In this document: positions 1-13,209 of the stretch, one piece after another
Layout of the letters: every line of letters starts with the position of its first letter
Numbering within the stretch: the first letter of the stretch is position 1
From: Owenia fusiformis
Taxonomy: Eukaryota
Length of the DNA stretch: 64,000 bases
Assembly (NCBI GenBank): GCA_903813345.2
Contig: CAIIXF020000001.1
Location: forward strand, 42,966,001-43,030,000
Direction: 5' to 3'
Notes under the pieces: model-generated
Database searches by the model: none
What the model was told of the DNA's origin: nothing
Seen by the model: the letters and a program-made list of their open reading frames with translations, nothing else
Position numbers and translations under genes: made by a program

Positions 1-1699
1 AAAATTGAACACATTTATTTCAATAGATTAATGAATGAAGTTTTAAGTTATTTTTAGTGTGAAGTTATAACCATAAAGAGTAAGGATTATTGCAGGTTAG
101 GGCTCATGCATTTATCATTCACAAAATGTGTTTACTTTTTGGCATTTCTGCTCGAGTGTTTACGTGAATCCTTTACTAGAGGCACTAAAGCATTTAAACT
201 GAAGCAATCTTCTACAATGTATTATGATGGTCAGTACTACAATGAAATTTTTTCAAAATTTGGATAAGTGGGCCTTAAGACTTAAGAATCTGTAATTTCT
301 GAACTTCTCACAGACCCCTCCCCATAATATAGTGACAGTGATTTGGCATGCAGTAACTGTTTTCATCAAACATGCACACCATAAAATCCTCCTCCTCCTA
401 TGTATCTTTCATGCAGTAGCTGAAATATATTTCTACAGATGACACTGTTCCAATTTTAGGTAAATTGACCTATTTGCCATGTTATAGCCATAACAAATGC
501 AAGTCAAAAAATGAAAGCATGAAGCTTCTGATTGGGCGGGCACAATACTATTTCACAGTGAAAGCATTTCATTTTTCACATACGATTGCATCACATATAG
601 TTCTTTAAACCTCTGCACTGTTTGAAGAAGATCTTCAATTAGACACTATTGAGCAAAAAGCAAATTATGTAAAAATTCTCCCGAAATGACATTAGCTATT
701 ATAAATAAAATTGTGATTGTGACGTTGTGATTGTGACATTGTGATTGCGACATTGAATTGTAAACATTCATAGACACCGACAGCTTAATTCGAAGCATGT
801 TTAAAAGCAGAAATTCAATATTTGGGACTTCAGAAAAGAAAAAATTGTAAATTGAGAATGCGAATGAAGCTAAACACTGAAGGCAGACATGATGAAACTC
901 CAAAGAGTAGCACTTCCCACCAAACAAAACACATTTTATTATGATAAATAATGGGTAGATGTATTGTTTCCCCTTGGGAATGAAACCATATTAGACATCT
1001 CTTCTCAAATTGAGGTCTTATCCCCATTAGGCAAGAGGCTGTAAGATTTGGACAAAATTCCTGAACTGGTATTTAAGCTACATCTTTTGCAATTCTGAAT
1101 ACAGGTGCAATCTTAAAATATCATCTTGAACAGAGGTACTTTGTCCCTTAAGCATCAGCATATGAAATGTGAACTGGTATTTGAGTTATCAAAGAGAGAA
1201 TTTTGATGAAAATTGGTGGTCATTTTAAATTCAGTGGAAATATTGGAAAAAAAATTCCTCGAGCAGGGGCCATATGCCTATAAGACATTTGCCTATAAAA
1301 TTTGGACCTAATCCAATAAATGGTATTTAAGCTATCAAAAAATTCATATTTTCTTAAAAATTGTCAGCCATTTTGAATTCAGTTGCCATATTGAAAAATT
1401 CTTCTTGAACAAAGGTCCTATGACTGCATTTGGAATTTCCTTCTCAAGCAGAGATTCTACATTCATGAGCCAATAATTTGACCTAATTTTTCACTGGTTT
1501 TTGAGTTTATGCCTCGACAGATGAACAAACAGATGAAAGAATAGATGGTTTCTGTATATCCCTCTCCAACTTTGTTCGGTGGGATAATCACTGTACTGAA
1601 GCTACTTCGAGATGTGAGCTATAGGATAATCACCACTTTTAGAGTCTGAGATTGGTTTATTTGAACTTGTATTATCCTCTTCACAGTCCATGGGCATAC

Positions 1700-1732
1700 A
1701 TGTCCTTTCTTCATTCTTTACACTCTTATTAG
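1700..1732 (-). CDS. unc-104: Candidate 33-nt unc-104 linker exon
   Basis: gattttccag|CTAATAAGAGTGTAAAGAATGAAGAAAGGACAT|gtatgc; phase 1 to 1, encodes xNKSVKNEERT. Confidence 0.35.
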
Positions 1733-2136
1733 CTGGAAAATCACATGTCCCATATATCTTCAACATTTCATTAACTACCATACCTACACTTTAGCTAGCT
1801 TTTAATGCCAATATATTCACAATTAGTTGAGTTTATATACCCAATTAGATCTATTGTATAATATTTCTTGCAGTAAATGGCTAGCTAAAGCACTCTTGGC
1901 CAAACATGATCACAGTGGAGTCATCACAATTCTATGAAGATATCAGAGTTGTTGCTACCAGTATTTCTACAAATGATAACTTACATTTTATAAATATCTG
2001 TACTCTGGTGTATAGCAATAAACAGATGGCTATGCAACAACCAATCAGATTATGCATAATTATGCAAGTTAAAATGTTGTTGTTGTTGTTGTTATTAAAA
2101 TGTTGATGAGGTTCAGCAATTACTCTCTTGGGAACT

Positions 2137-2341
2137 TGTGACACTCCACTGACTATGACATCACACAAATGACTGTGACATCACACCACTGACATTGACA
2201 TCACATCTATGGATGTAATTATCACCCAGGAATGTGATACTGAGCCAAGGATTGTGACATCACACCAAAAGATGTGACACTGTGACCAGGATGACACCAT
2301 ACTAGAAATGTAACATCACACCAAAGACTGTGACATCACAT
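2137..2341. repeat. Degenerate ~20-bp repeat (tgtgacatcacacc)
   Basis: Recurrent gacatcaca motif at irregular spacing. Confidence 0.6.
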
Positions 2342-2373
2342 AACCGTATATACAACATTCATCTTGGTCTTAC

Positions 2374-2460
2374 TTCTTGGTCTGATAGCTGGGCTAGTTG
2401 GTATCTCTCCATTCTCCTCAACATCATTTTCAGCATTTTTATCTTTAACTGCTTTTTCTG
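2374..2460 (-). CDS. unc-104: Probable unc-104 exon in the neck coil-CC1 linker (possibly alternative)
   Basis: aattgcag|AEKAVKDKNAENDVEENGEIPTSPAIRPR|gtaaga; 87 nt, phase 1 to 1, open and purine-rich. No recognised motif. Confidence 0.6.
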
Positions 2461-3101
2461 CTGCAATTTTAGTATTGAAGCAAAGAGAGGTTATGTAAAG
2501 CATGCAAGCTGATAGTTATGTTAAAGGTTTTAGTTGTAAATATGTAAGGGATCAAATTAGCAAAAAAAAGCAACACAATATGTAATGTTAAAATTAGATC
2601 CTCAATCAACACCTATTTGAAGATCTATACAAAACAAGCAAATAAGTGATAAATATATCATATGAGTTCTATAAATCAGTCAAACACTATTATTTCATGT
2701 GAAATGAGTTAAATAAAATTCCATTCACAGTTATCTAATAATTCTAAGCTTAAAGAGACATGTAAAGCCTTTTGAATTATATCTTATATTAGAATAGATA
2801 GAGAATCATCTCAAATATATCCGATTCAAATCAGACTTTTGATCAACAATTTGGTTACCCTGAGTGCTTGGGTTAGTTATTCAACCCTCTGAGCCAATCA
2901 GAGAGCTTCCATGAGCCACATTAATGTGCACTTATTTATAGACACAGAATTTTATGGACAATCAATGACTGGCTCTGACGACTAGTAGGGTTATGATTGA
3001 GTAGAAAAGCTTGGCGGTCTATTGGTTATATAAAGAGTATAGTACAGGAAAACAACTCTTGCCAAGGGTGTAATTTGGTCTGAATTCATCTATTAATTTA
3101 C

Positions 3102-3317
3102 CTTCCATCATGATGCCTTCTTTCAACAGCAGTTCTTTAAGTCTTTGCACCTCTTCTTTAAGTTCTCTGATCAGTTTAGCATTTGGATCCTCATTAATCT
3201 TGGCCTTGCACATGATCTGTTTGGCACGGTCAGCATACCTCAGGGTGCTCAATGTCTCGTCATAGTTAATATCGGCAGGAGAAAGGGCGGCTACCATAGC
3301 AGTCTTAGAATTACCAC
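3102..3317 (-). CDS. unc-104: unc-104/KIF1A coding exon 9 (end of motor, neck linker, neck coil)
   Basis: gtgctag|[72 protein letters not shown]|gtaaat; phase 1 to 1. Confidence 0.93.
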
Positions 3318-3448
3318 CTAGCACAAAAATATAAGTGACATAGTTCAAACTAATAAATAGAAACAGGGAGAAGATTTTAATGATTCTTAAAATAAGAGAT
3401 CTGCTAACAATGAAATACTAGTATAGTATAGGAGTAACTAAGACCTAC

Positions 3449-3527
3449 CAAGGTTCTCCCTGAGGAGCCATGTTAGCACAGAATCTCTGTATGGTATGAA
3501 ATCTGACCGACGCTTCCTTTTGTTGGA
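3449..3527 (-). CDS. unc-104: unc-104/KIF1A coding exon 8 (K-loop, L12)
   Basis: gttccag|[26 protein letters not shown]|gtaggt; phase 0 to 1. Confidence 0.93.
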
Positions 3528-4288
3528 CTGGAACACAAACAAAAAATAAGACGATATATATATTTGAATAAAATAAAACAGATGTTCTAAAATATGGCTG
3601 TATTTATATAAAACAGGGAAGACTAAATTAGATATGGGAATTTCTCCACAGGGATATGATGCGGAAATTATTACTCAGTCAGATCAATTTAGACACAATG
3701 AACGCAACATAATTATTATTCAAGACACATCTTCATAATATTTAGATTTAATGTCCAAATTATATAATGAGATTTTCCATCTAATGTACTTCCTCCTCAT
3801 TTTGAGGAATGGAATTGACAAGCAGAAAACTTGAGTATCAGCAGCATTAAAGATATTCATAAACTGAACCCCAAGGAATAATAAGAATTAAAATATAATG
3901 TATAAACAAATCTATCCTGCATCATAAAATACAGTCTGATTTGTAGAAGGAGAATGTGGTTCTCAAACAATACATGTATATGTGAACTAATATGTGTGAA
4001 CTAAATCGATAATTAAGTCAAGCACTCATCAAAAAATCATTGGTAGTTTCATAAACATAAATAAACCCTAAGTCTTAGAGGTTTAACTTAAACAATGCCA
4101 CACCTTTAAGATATTTTTCTAACATCTTTCTACATGTTTGGTCTCAGAATGAAGCAATTGTTTCTTTTCCAATAAATATGCACAATTCAAACTGCCTCAG
4201 ATTTCATACTTCCAGACAAGTGTAGTAAATCAAGAGATATATCTACTTAATGTATAAAGACATCATGCAAATAGGTCAAATATGTCTC

Positions 4289-5025
4289 AAAGAATGGGTA
4301 TCGATATGGCGAACTTTTTGAACATACGTTTCTCTTAAACCAGTCATCAAAAATTTCTGAAAATCTTACAAATTGTCAATTTAATGGCGATCTTTTGAAT
4401 AGTAACAATATAATTTGAAATAGATATACATACTTCCATCTATATTGTTTTAAAAAATACATCACACACTTGTTTTATTCTTGGTATCATGTTTCCAGAG
4501 TGAAATGAAACATCTTTCCGAACCTCATTGGAACAAAACGACATAAACACAACATGTTTAGGTCTCTCAATATTGTAATTGTACAAAGGAAATTTTGGTT
4601 GATTTTAAAAAAGTATCTTGTTAATGAAATAAAAGGTTTTTCTTGATTTTTATCTATTTTGGGGGGATTTTGTTTGAATCTTTTGAATACTTTTTTAAAA
4701 TCAACCAAAAATTCCTTTGTATAACTTTAATATTGAGAGGTCTAAAACATGTTGTATATGCTATTTTGTTCCAACAAGGTTCGGAAAGACATTTTATTTA
4801 TTTCTCAAGAATCGATAGAAAGGAGCAAAAACAATTGCACTAAAAAAAACAAAAAATGTTAACAAAAACAGTTATATAAAATATTTCTAAATAATTTTCG
4901 CATTAAATTGTTGTCAATCAGTCAACATTACATAAAATACCATGTTTTTTACAGAATGTTTTCAATGATTGGTTTAAGAGAAAAACATTGTTGAATCCAG
5001 TTCTCCACATCGATACCTATCCTTT
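4289..5025. mobile_element. MITE family C, copy 1
   Basis: Imperfect TIRs aaagaatgggtatcgatatggcgaact / agttctccacatcgatacctatccttt; second copy at 52720-54277. Confidence 0.7.
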
Positions 5026-5186
5026 GGGTCCTGGGATAATCTGTTTTATGATTGTATCACTTTATTGATAATATACATGTATACTGTAGTTATACATAAA
5101 CATAGGTGATTTTGCACCAAATACATTATTGGCCATGGGGATAATCCATGACTCCCATGAATATAATAACTATATACAAGACATAG

Positions 5187-5816
5187 TCTACTTTGTAGAT
5201 GGGGTGATTACTCAATCCCTACTCGTACATAACACAATCTTGTCACTCGGTATACAGATAGATAACGTACAAGCAATCTACTTTGTAGATGGGATGATTA
5301 CTCAATCCCTACTCGTACATAACACAATCTTGTCACTCGGTATACAGATAGATAATGCACAAGCAATCTACTTTGTAGATGGGGTGATTACTCAATCCCT
5401 ACTCGTACATAACACAATCTTGTCACTCGGTATACAGATAGATAATGCACAAGCAATCTACTTTGTAGATGGGGTGATTACTCAATCCCTACTCGTACAT
5501 AACACAATCTTGTCACTCGGTATACAGATAGATAATGCACAAGCAATCTACTTTGTAGATGGGGTGATTACTCAATCCCTACTCGTACATAACACAATCT
5601 TGTCACTCGGTATACAGATAGATAATGCACAAGCAATCTACTTTGTAGATGGGGTGATTACTCAATCCCTACTCGTACATAACACAATCTTGTCACTCGG
5701 TATACAGATAGATAATGCACAAGCAATCTACTTTGTAGATGGGGTGATTACTCAATCCCTACTCGTACATAACACAAACTTGTGACTGGGTATACAGATA
5801 GATAATGCACAAGCAA
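5187..5816. repeat. 90-bp tandem repeat x7, nearly identical copies
   Basis: Unit tctactttgtagatggggtgattactcaatccc...gcacaagcaa starts at 5187, 5277 ... 5727. Confidence 0.95.
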
Positions 5817-7664
5817 GCTGAACTCACATACAAAAATACTGAATATAGTAATCTCAATATAAGAGAATCTTACCACAACAATTTATATGATTTATCCATG
5901 CAATGCATTTATGGCCTGGTATATTTGAATATTATGAACAAAAAGCATTTTGGACCGAAAGAAATATTTGATTTTTCATGTATTTAAAATCATTAATTTG
6001 CAGTTCCATACATGAAATTCCAAAGAGGTATTATGACGCAACAAATGTACTCTAAGTAAAATTAACGCTTCTCTGTGTATAACCTTGTGCTGTCATAATA
6101 ATTTTTCCTGACAGATCTCATAAATTTTCCAATCTAAGTAAAGTGCATGAGAATGAGGGATTTGGCATTAAGAGACACTTGCGTATTGATCTGCCCTTAA
6201 AGATAATTAGGAATTGTGCTTGGACTATAGAAAAGTACTCCTCACAAAAATAAGATACATCAATTTTTTAAGATATATACTGAGTTAAACAACTTTGAAA
6301 TTTTAAATCTTTTGAAAATGTGATTTCTAAGTTGGGTAGATTCTTCATAGGGCGCGTCATGAAAATAGAGCATCTATTTCTATTCATTTCTCAAGTAAAC
6401 ACATTCTTGAATCTGACCCAAATTAGCCACCTGGTGGTAAAACTTGTAACTACCTACTTGCAGTCAGGTAATTAGTTCCATTACTGACCAATAGGTGACC
6501 AATCAGGTAATAAGGTTTTTTTCTACAGATTTTAAGAGGTGTTCATAAAATATGAAACTAACATCCTAAAATAATATTAAAGCAAATTGAAATACCAATG
6601 CATGCTCTGAGCCAAAATATAATCATGTCTATCTGTATTGATTGGTGTGATATTTAACCAAATCCTTTTCAAGAGCTTATATAATATATATGATATTGCA
6701 ACAATGAAATAAGCAAATTCTACAACATTTACGGACAACATGATTCCAGGAATGAAATTCTGACAAATGCTACATACAAAGCAAACTAATTACAAAGTAC
6801 ATGTACAGCACATTGATTATGGCCTTTATGAAGTCTTATATGCATGTAAATGTAGAAATCAATATGCATTCAATAAAACTACTATAAGTTATTGCCAAAA
6901 GTTCGAAAGATGATGGCACATTTTCACTCAAAAGACTTCATAAAACATAACATCTCAAAGCATGTAGATTCTAAGTACAACTAAGTTAACTCTCTAGAAG
7001 CTCAAACTCACATGTCCCGTCACCCCTGCGCTCTGTAATTTACATTTAATAGAATCAGGGAAGGAAAAGGTTAAAGTTTGTCATACTAATACCTTATCAG
7101 TTCTAAACAAAAATTATTAAACTTTAATACAAACTGATGAAATATGGCAATCAAAAACATTAATAGATTTCGTTAACAGTCAAGCATAAAGATTGACACA
7201 CAGTAGCAGTATTAAGTAGAGAGCAGTTTTCAAATAATTTCTCAAATTACATTTTCTTCGTATAAGATAATTCAAATTATTCTTATTTTAGAAAAAAAGA
7301 TGTACATAGTTAATATCATGCAGTTTGCTTGGGTATGGGTTATTGTATATAATAATTGTTATAAATTATTCAATTATGATTTAATTATGATAATTGAATC
7401 ATTTGTGTCTAATTTGTCTTTTTTCGATCATGGTGCCTACCTTAAAATAAAGCACCTCCACCCTATTCCAAGACAACCCACTTCAGCCCTATGGAACCAT
7501 TGTACCCAAGCAAACCAGTACATGCAAACTTAAGGTAAGCAGAGTGTAATGATTTTTGGACCAAAATGTAAAAGTTTCAAGTTGGTCAACTCAATAACTC
7601 ATTCTACTCTGCCTGCCTAATTAATTTTAAAACCTAGATGCATATTATCTGTATACTTATATAC

Positions 7665-7673
7665 CTTATTCTT
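7665..7673 (-). CDS. unc-104: Candidate 9-nt alternative microexon (KNK) in the kinesin K-loop
   Basis: ttgcttcattgcttcaatatgcttctatatacag|AAGAATAAG|gtatat; frame-preserving in a phase-0 intron at loop L12. Confidence 0.45.
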
Positions 7674-7960
7674 CTGTATATAGAAGCATATTGAAGCAAT
7701 GAAGCAATACTATTGATGATATAAAGTTTCAATGTCACGATAAGACAAATAACTTCAAAGAAGTCTATTAAGCATTAACCTCGTACATTTTCAACATCAT
7801 ATCCGAGTTGCATCACTTGCGAATGAATGCATTACATGGATACGAGTGATGTTCCACAAACAAAAGATCAAATTACAAAAAACAAATTTCTTTCAGAATA
7901 ACCTCTCTAAGGAAAACTAACAATTCAATCAGAACTGAAAATGAGGCAAATATAGGATTA

Positions 7961-8119
<159 letters not shown>

Positions 8120-8305
8120 CTAAAAAACAAAAGATAGATACATTACTTAGATGTAAACTTCACCCATGCCAAATTGCAAACGGTTGATGTTTTAATACGT
8201 ATTGTTATGTTTTCTTTAATTTTAGCCATCAAACATATATTTGCACTTTTCAACAATTTTGGATTTGAGACTCAGAATTATTTTAGATTGTGTGTCACTA
8301 CTTAC

Positions 8306-8417
8306 TTTTTCCCCACATAAATTGGTTTCTTTATCATGTCGTTTCTGTGTAAATACAATAGTGAATACTGCATGGGATCGACTACTTGTCTCATTCATAT
8401 TGGTGGCAGCAACAGTT
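8306..8417 (-). CDS. unc-104: unc-104/KIF1A coding exon 6 (switch I)
   Basis: gttttag|[38 protein letters not shown]|gtaagt; phase 2 to 0. Confidence 0.94.
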
Positions 8418-8432
8418 CTAAAACAAGGCATT

Positions 8433-10980
8433 AACATGACAAAATGTCACCACCTAGTTGCTCACAATATTAAGTCAGATTTGAATTTCTGAGAACTTGT
8501 AAAGTCAAATTTGAACTTCTGAAAAGATGTAGATAATTTTGAAAAAAAAATTTGGTCAATTTGAAGCAAGTTGAAAACAGACCTTTTTGACCTTTTTTGA
8601 CCTTGAGAAGGTCATTAAAGGTCAAATGTCAAATCTAAAGTCAGATTTGAATTTCTGAGAACATGTAGATGATTTTGAAAAAAAAAATTAGTCAATTTGA
8701 AGCAAGTTGAAAAAAGACCTTTTTGACCTTTTTAGACCTTGAGAAGGTCATTGAAGGTCAAATGTCAAATCTAAAGTCAAATCTAAAGTCATATTTGAAT
8801 TTCTGAGAACATGTAGATGATTTTGAAAAAAAATTTAGTCAATTTGAAGCAAGATGAAAAAATACCCTTTTGACCTTTTTTGACATTGAGAAGGTCATTG
8901 AAGGTCAAATGTCAAATCTAAAGTCAGATTTGAATTTCTGAGAACATGTAGATGATTTTGAAAAAAAAAATTAGTCAATTTGAAGCAAGTTGAAAAAAGA
9001 CCTTTATGACCTTTTTTGACTTTGAGAAGGTCATTGAAGGTCAAATGTCAAATCTTAAGTCATATTTGAATTTCTGAGAACATGTAGATGATTTTGAAAA
9101 AAAAATTAGTAAATTTGAAGCAAGATGAAAAAATACCTTTTTGACCTTTTTTGACATTGAGAAGGTCATTGAAGGTCAAATGTCAAATCTAAAGTCAGAT
9201 TTGAATTTCTGAGAACATGTAGATGATTTTGAAAAAAAAATTTAGTCAATTTGAAGCAAGTTGAAAAAAGACCTTTTTGACCTTTTTTGACTTTGAGAAG
9301 GTCATTGAAGGTCAAATGTCAAATCTTAAGTCAAATCTAAAGTCAGATTTGAATTTCTGAGAACACGTAGATGATTTTGAAAATTTTTTTTAGTCAATTT
9401 GAAGCAAGTTGAAAACAGACCTTTTTGACCTTTTTTGACCTTGAGAAGGTCATTGAAGGTCAAATGTCAAATCTTAAGTCAGATTTGAATTTCTGAGAAC
9501 ACGTAGATGATTTTGAAAAAAAAATTTAGTCAATTTGAAGCAAGTTGAAAACAGACATTTTTGACCTTTTTTGACCTTGAGAAGGTCACTGAAGGTCAAA
9601 TGTCAAATCTAAAGTCAAATTTGAATTTCTGAGAACATGTAGATGATTTTGAAAAAAAAATTTAGTCAAATTGAAGCAAGTTGAAAAAAGACCTTTTTGA
9701 CCTTTTTTGACTTTGAGAAGGTCATTGAAGGTCAAATGTCAAATCTTAAGTCAAATCTAAAGTCAGATTTGAATTTCTGAGAACACATAGATGATTTTGA
9801 AAATTTTTTTTTTAGTCAATTTGAAGCAAGTTGAAAACAGACCTTTTTGACCTTTTTTGACCTTGACAAGGTCATTGAAGGTCAAATGTCAAATCTTAAG
9901 TCAAATCTTAAGTCAGATTTGAATTTCTGAGAACATGTAGATGATTTTGAAAACTTTTTTTAGTCAATTTGAAGCAAGTTGAAAACAGACCTTTTTGACC
10001 TTTTTGACCTTGAGAAGGTCATTGAAGGTCAAATGTCAAATCTTAAGTCAGATTTGAATTTCTGAGAACACGTAGATGATTTTGAAAAAAAAATTTAGTC
10101 AATTTGAAGCAAGTTGAAAACAGACCTTTTTGACCTTTTTTGACCTTGAGAAGGTCACTGAAGGTCAAATGTCAAATCTAAAGTCAAATTTGAATTTCTG
10201 AGAACATGTAGATGATTTTGAAAAAAAAATTTAGTCAAATTGAAGCAAGTTGAAAAAAGACCTTTTTGACCTTTTTTGACTTTGAGAAGGTCATTGAAGG
10301 TCAAATGTCAAATCTTAAGTCAAATCTAAAGTCAGATTTGAATTTCTGAGAACACATAGATGATTTTGAAAATTTTTTTTTTAGTCAATTTGAAGCAAGT
10401 TGAAAACAGACCTTTTTGACCTTTTTTGACCTTGACAAGGTCATTGAAGGTCAAATGTCAAATCTTAAGTCAAATCTTAAGTCAGATTTGAATTTCTGAG
10501 AACACGTAGATGATTTTGAAAAAAAAATTTAGTCAATTCGAAGCAAGTTGAAAACAGACCTTTTTTACCTTTTTTGACCTTGAGAAGGTCATTGAAGGTC
10601 AAATGTCAAATCTAAAGTCAGATTTGAAGGTCAAATGTCAAATCTAAAGTCAGATTTGAATTTCTGAGAACATGTAGATGATTTTGAAAAAAAATTTAGT
10701 CAATGTGAAGCAAGTTGAAAAAAGACCTTTTTGACCTTGAGAAGGTCATTGAAGGTCAAATGTCAAATCTAAAGTCAGATTTGAACTTCTGAGAACATGT
10801 AGATGATTTAGAAAAAAATTGAAGTCAGTCTAAACAGTATTTGTTAAGTTATAGGAAGTTGTAAGAAATTGTTACAGACGCCAACCGCCGGACGCCAACC
10901 ACCAACCACCAACCGCCGGACGCCGTCAAAAAAAAACGGAGACCATAACAATATGTCACCACTTTTGGTGGTGACATAAC
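8433..10980 (-). mobile_element. Non-autonomous Helentron-associated (HINE/DINE-like) element carrying ~16 copies of a ~136-150 bp satellite
   Basis: Terminal hairpin tatgtcaccac-ttttg-gtggtgacata (10952-10978), matching subterminal atgtcaccac at 8444, a (ccaaccg/cca) microsatellite, and a tandem array rich in tgacct/aggtca. Confidence 0.75.
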
Positions 10981-12473
10981 AACATTTTTGATTAAGAATA
11001 TTTTATTTGTCCATGTTTTACATAATACATTGTATTGATTTGCATTATTATATTGATGAAACGAAAGGGATTGGACAAGAGACTATTGCCTATTTCAAGT
11101 CATCTCCCTTAAATATTCCAATATTAATCAATTCATGAAATCTCCCTTTAATGATTGGGTATTAGGCAAAAGAAACTGTATCAAAAATGCAATGTACATG
11201 TGACTTGTACTATAAAACAAAAGCATTTGATGTAATCTTGCATGTAGATTTCAACTATGATATCACATTGATTTATGTTTTTCCAATTTCTAGCTTTTAT
11301 AGTCTAAATGTCATCATTGTCTTGATGCATTGTGGAATATCATCACAATCTTTATAAGTACTCTGTGATGCTACCACATGGGTATGTTCTAAATGGTGGC
11401 ATGGCACAGCATGGTGGTCACAGGGCAACAATATTAATATATACATAAAGTAGTATCTGTATATGTACCTGTAATTCTGGTGATAAATTAGTTTATTCAT
11501 ACTGATACTGATTGAAGACATGCATAATATTACAGATCATTATGAATTAAACATTTTTTGATTTGATTTGAAAACTATATTCATTCTTGGTAGCTCGATC
11601 AGTACAAAACTGGTCTTCCTAGAAGCCCAGTAAGTTCAGAAGAATTATATATCACTAATTATATACAAGTATAATGTTAAATTGTACATGCATGTGGGTA
11701 TAGAGTGCCATGATGGGGTTGGTACCATATAAACAAGGTTGACTTGAACATGTTAAACTGCCATTTGTCTAGTTCTCTAGTGAACTATAACTCTGAATTC
11801 CTGACAACCTGATGCATTTCTAACTTTCACGCCAAAGGAAAACTGCATAATAATCAATAAGTAAATAGATTGAGGTATCTTCTGACAAACATGGATGTAG
11901 AGTTGTAATACTGGGGGACGATATTCAGTTTGACTGATAAAATCAGGCCATTTCTCTGCATTTTACATTGAAAGTATTATACACTAAAATGTTTACTATA
12001 TGGGAGGGAATGGCACAAATTAGTTCAGCTAGAGATACTTATACACGAGAGACTCACAGTTAAAACGAGAATGGCTTGAGTCAAGTCATTTACTGTGCCT
12101 GTTCAATGTAATTTGTTGTTTAAGAGTTCAGAATAGGCCTGTAACTGTTGTTGATGCTATATAATGCAGGTAGAATGATATAGGTTACACAAAACCTGTC
12201 TACTGCCAATCAGGGCCTGTTTAATGCCAATTCAAACATGACCGTGCTCTATTCGAATTTCTCAACCAATCAGAATGCAGCATAGCCAATATAGAACGTT
12301 CTCTAATTCTCCATAGATGCACGACCATGCTCTATTCAATCTGCAATTTGCATTGTTTTGAGTGACGTCACATCTCAGCTGCACATCTGGGGCTCTGTCC
12401 GGGGATAGCATGCGTATTCTTCCTTCATGCCCGTTCGAGAGACACGGCTTTTACTAATTTTTATGTTTGAATC

Positions 12474-12632
12474 GGAATAAATAATGATAGGCCATTCAAT
12501 ATGGTGAAATTCAGCACTCGTTGGACAGAATGTTAGTACAAATGCACTCACCTTCGGTTCGTGCTTTGTACAACATTCTGTCCAACTCGTGCTGAATTTC
12601 ACCATATTGAATGGCCTATCATTATTTATTCC
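12474..12632. repeat. Near-perfect ~160-bp palindrome (hairpin MITE)
   Basis: ggaataaataatgataggccattcaatatggtgaaattcagcac... / ...gtgctgaatttcaccatattgaatggcctatcattatttattcc. Confidence 0.8.
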
Positions 12633-12986
12633 TTAATCAATTCATGTGCATTCTATATAATATTAATGCTGCGTAGACCTACTGATTGTAACAAATGGCA
12701 TGGTACCAGTTGGTACATGTTTATAAGCCACATAGTGTCTGTTACTGTCTTTTGATATAAAGAAACAATCGGTACCTTTTCAAGCCACTTCCTGCCAGGA
12801 GTTGAGCTTAGGTACTGAGAGTAGCCAGTCAAAATGCCATTACAGACCAATTGCCATGTTATTGTCCTAACCTACTGAAAAAATGGTCCGTATCAAAACT
12901 GACCTGGCAAACGACCAGTGAACCGGCCCTTAGTTCAAACCCTGCATACTGCCAATAAAATACTACATTGTGGCTCTTTGACTCAC

Positions 12987-13165
12987 CTTGCCTTATTGCC
13001 TTCATCTATCAGGTCATTAATATCTTTAAATGATTGCACTGCAAGTTTGGATAAGTCTTCTACATAGGGCCCCAATAGAGGGTGCTCACGTACTCTGAGA
13101 TGTCCCTTGTTCTTGGGGTTCAGTAAATCCCTCACCCTTTCACAGTAGATCTCCATGTAGCTAAC
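12987..13165 (-). CDS. unc-104: unc-104/KIF1A coding exon 5
   Basis: attcag|[59 protein letters not shown]|gtgagt; phase 0 to 2. Confidence 0.94.
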
Positions 13166-13209
13166 CTGAATCAAAAAATGCATTTGATTGTATACATGAC
13201 ATGTTTTCA

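Noticed and set aside
5129..5785. 218-aa ORF with 30-aa repeats
   Set aside because: By-product of a 90-bp tandem repeat (a multiple of 3) antisense within a kinesin intron; non-ATG start and almost no divergence between copies.
7093..7102. 10-nt AG..GT-bounded segment in the K-loop intron
   Set aside because: Not a multiple of 3 and reads AAC TGA; probably chance, although a poison exon cannot be excluded.
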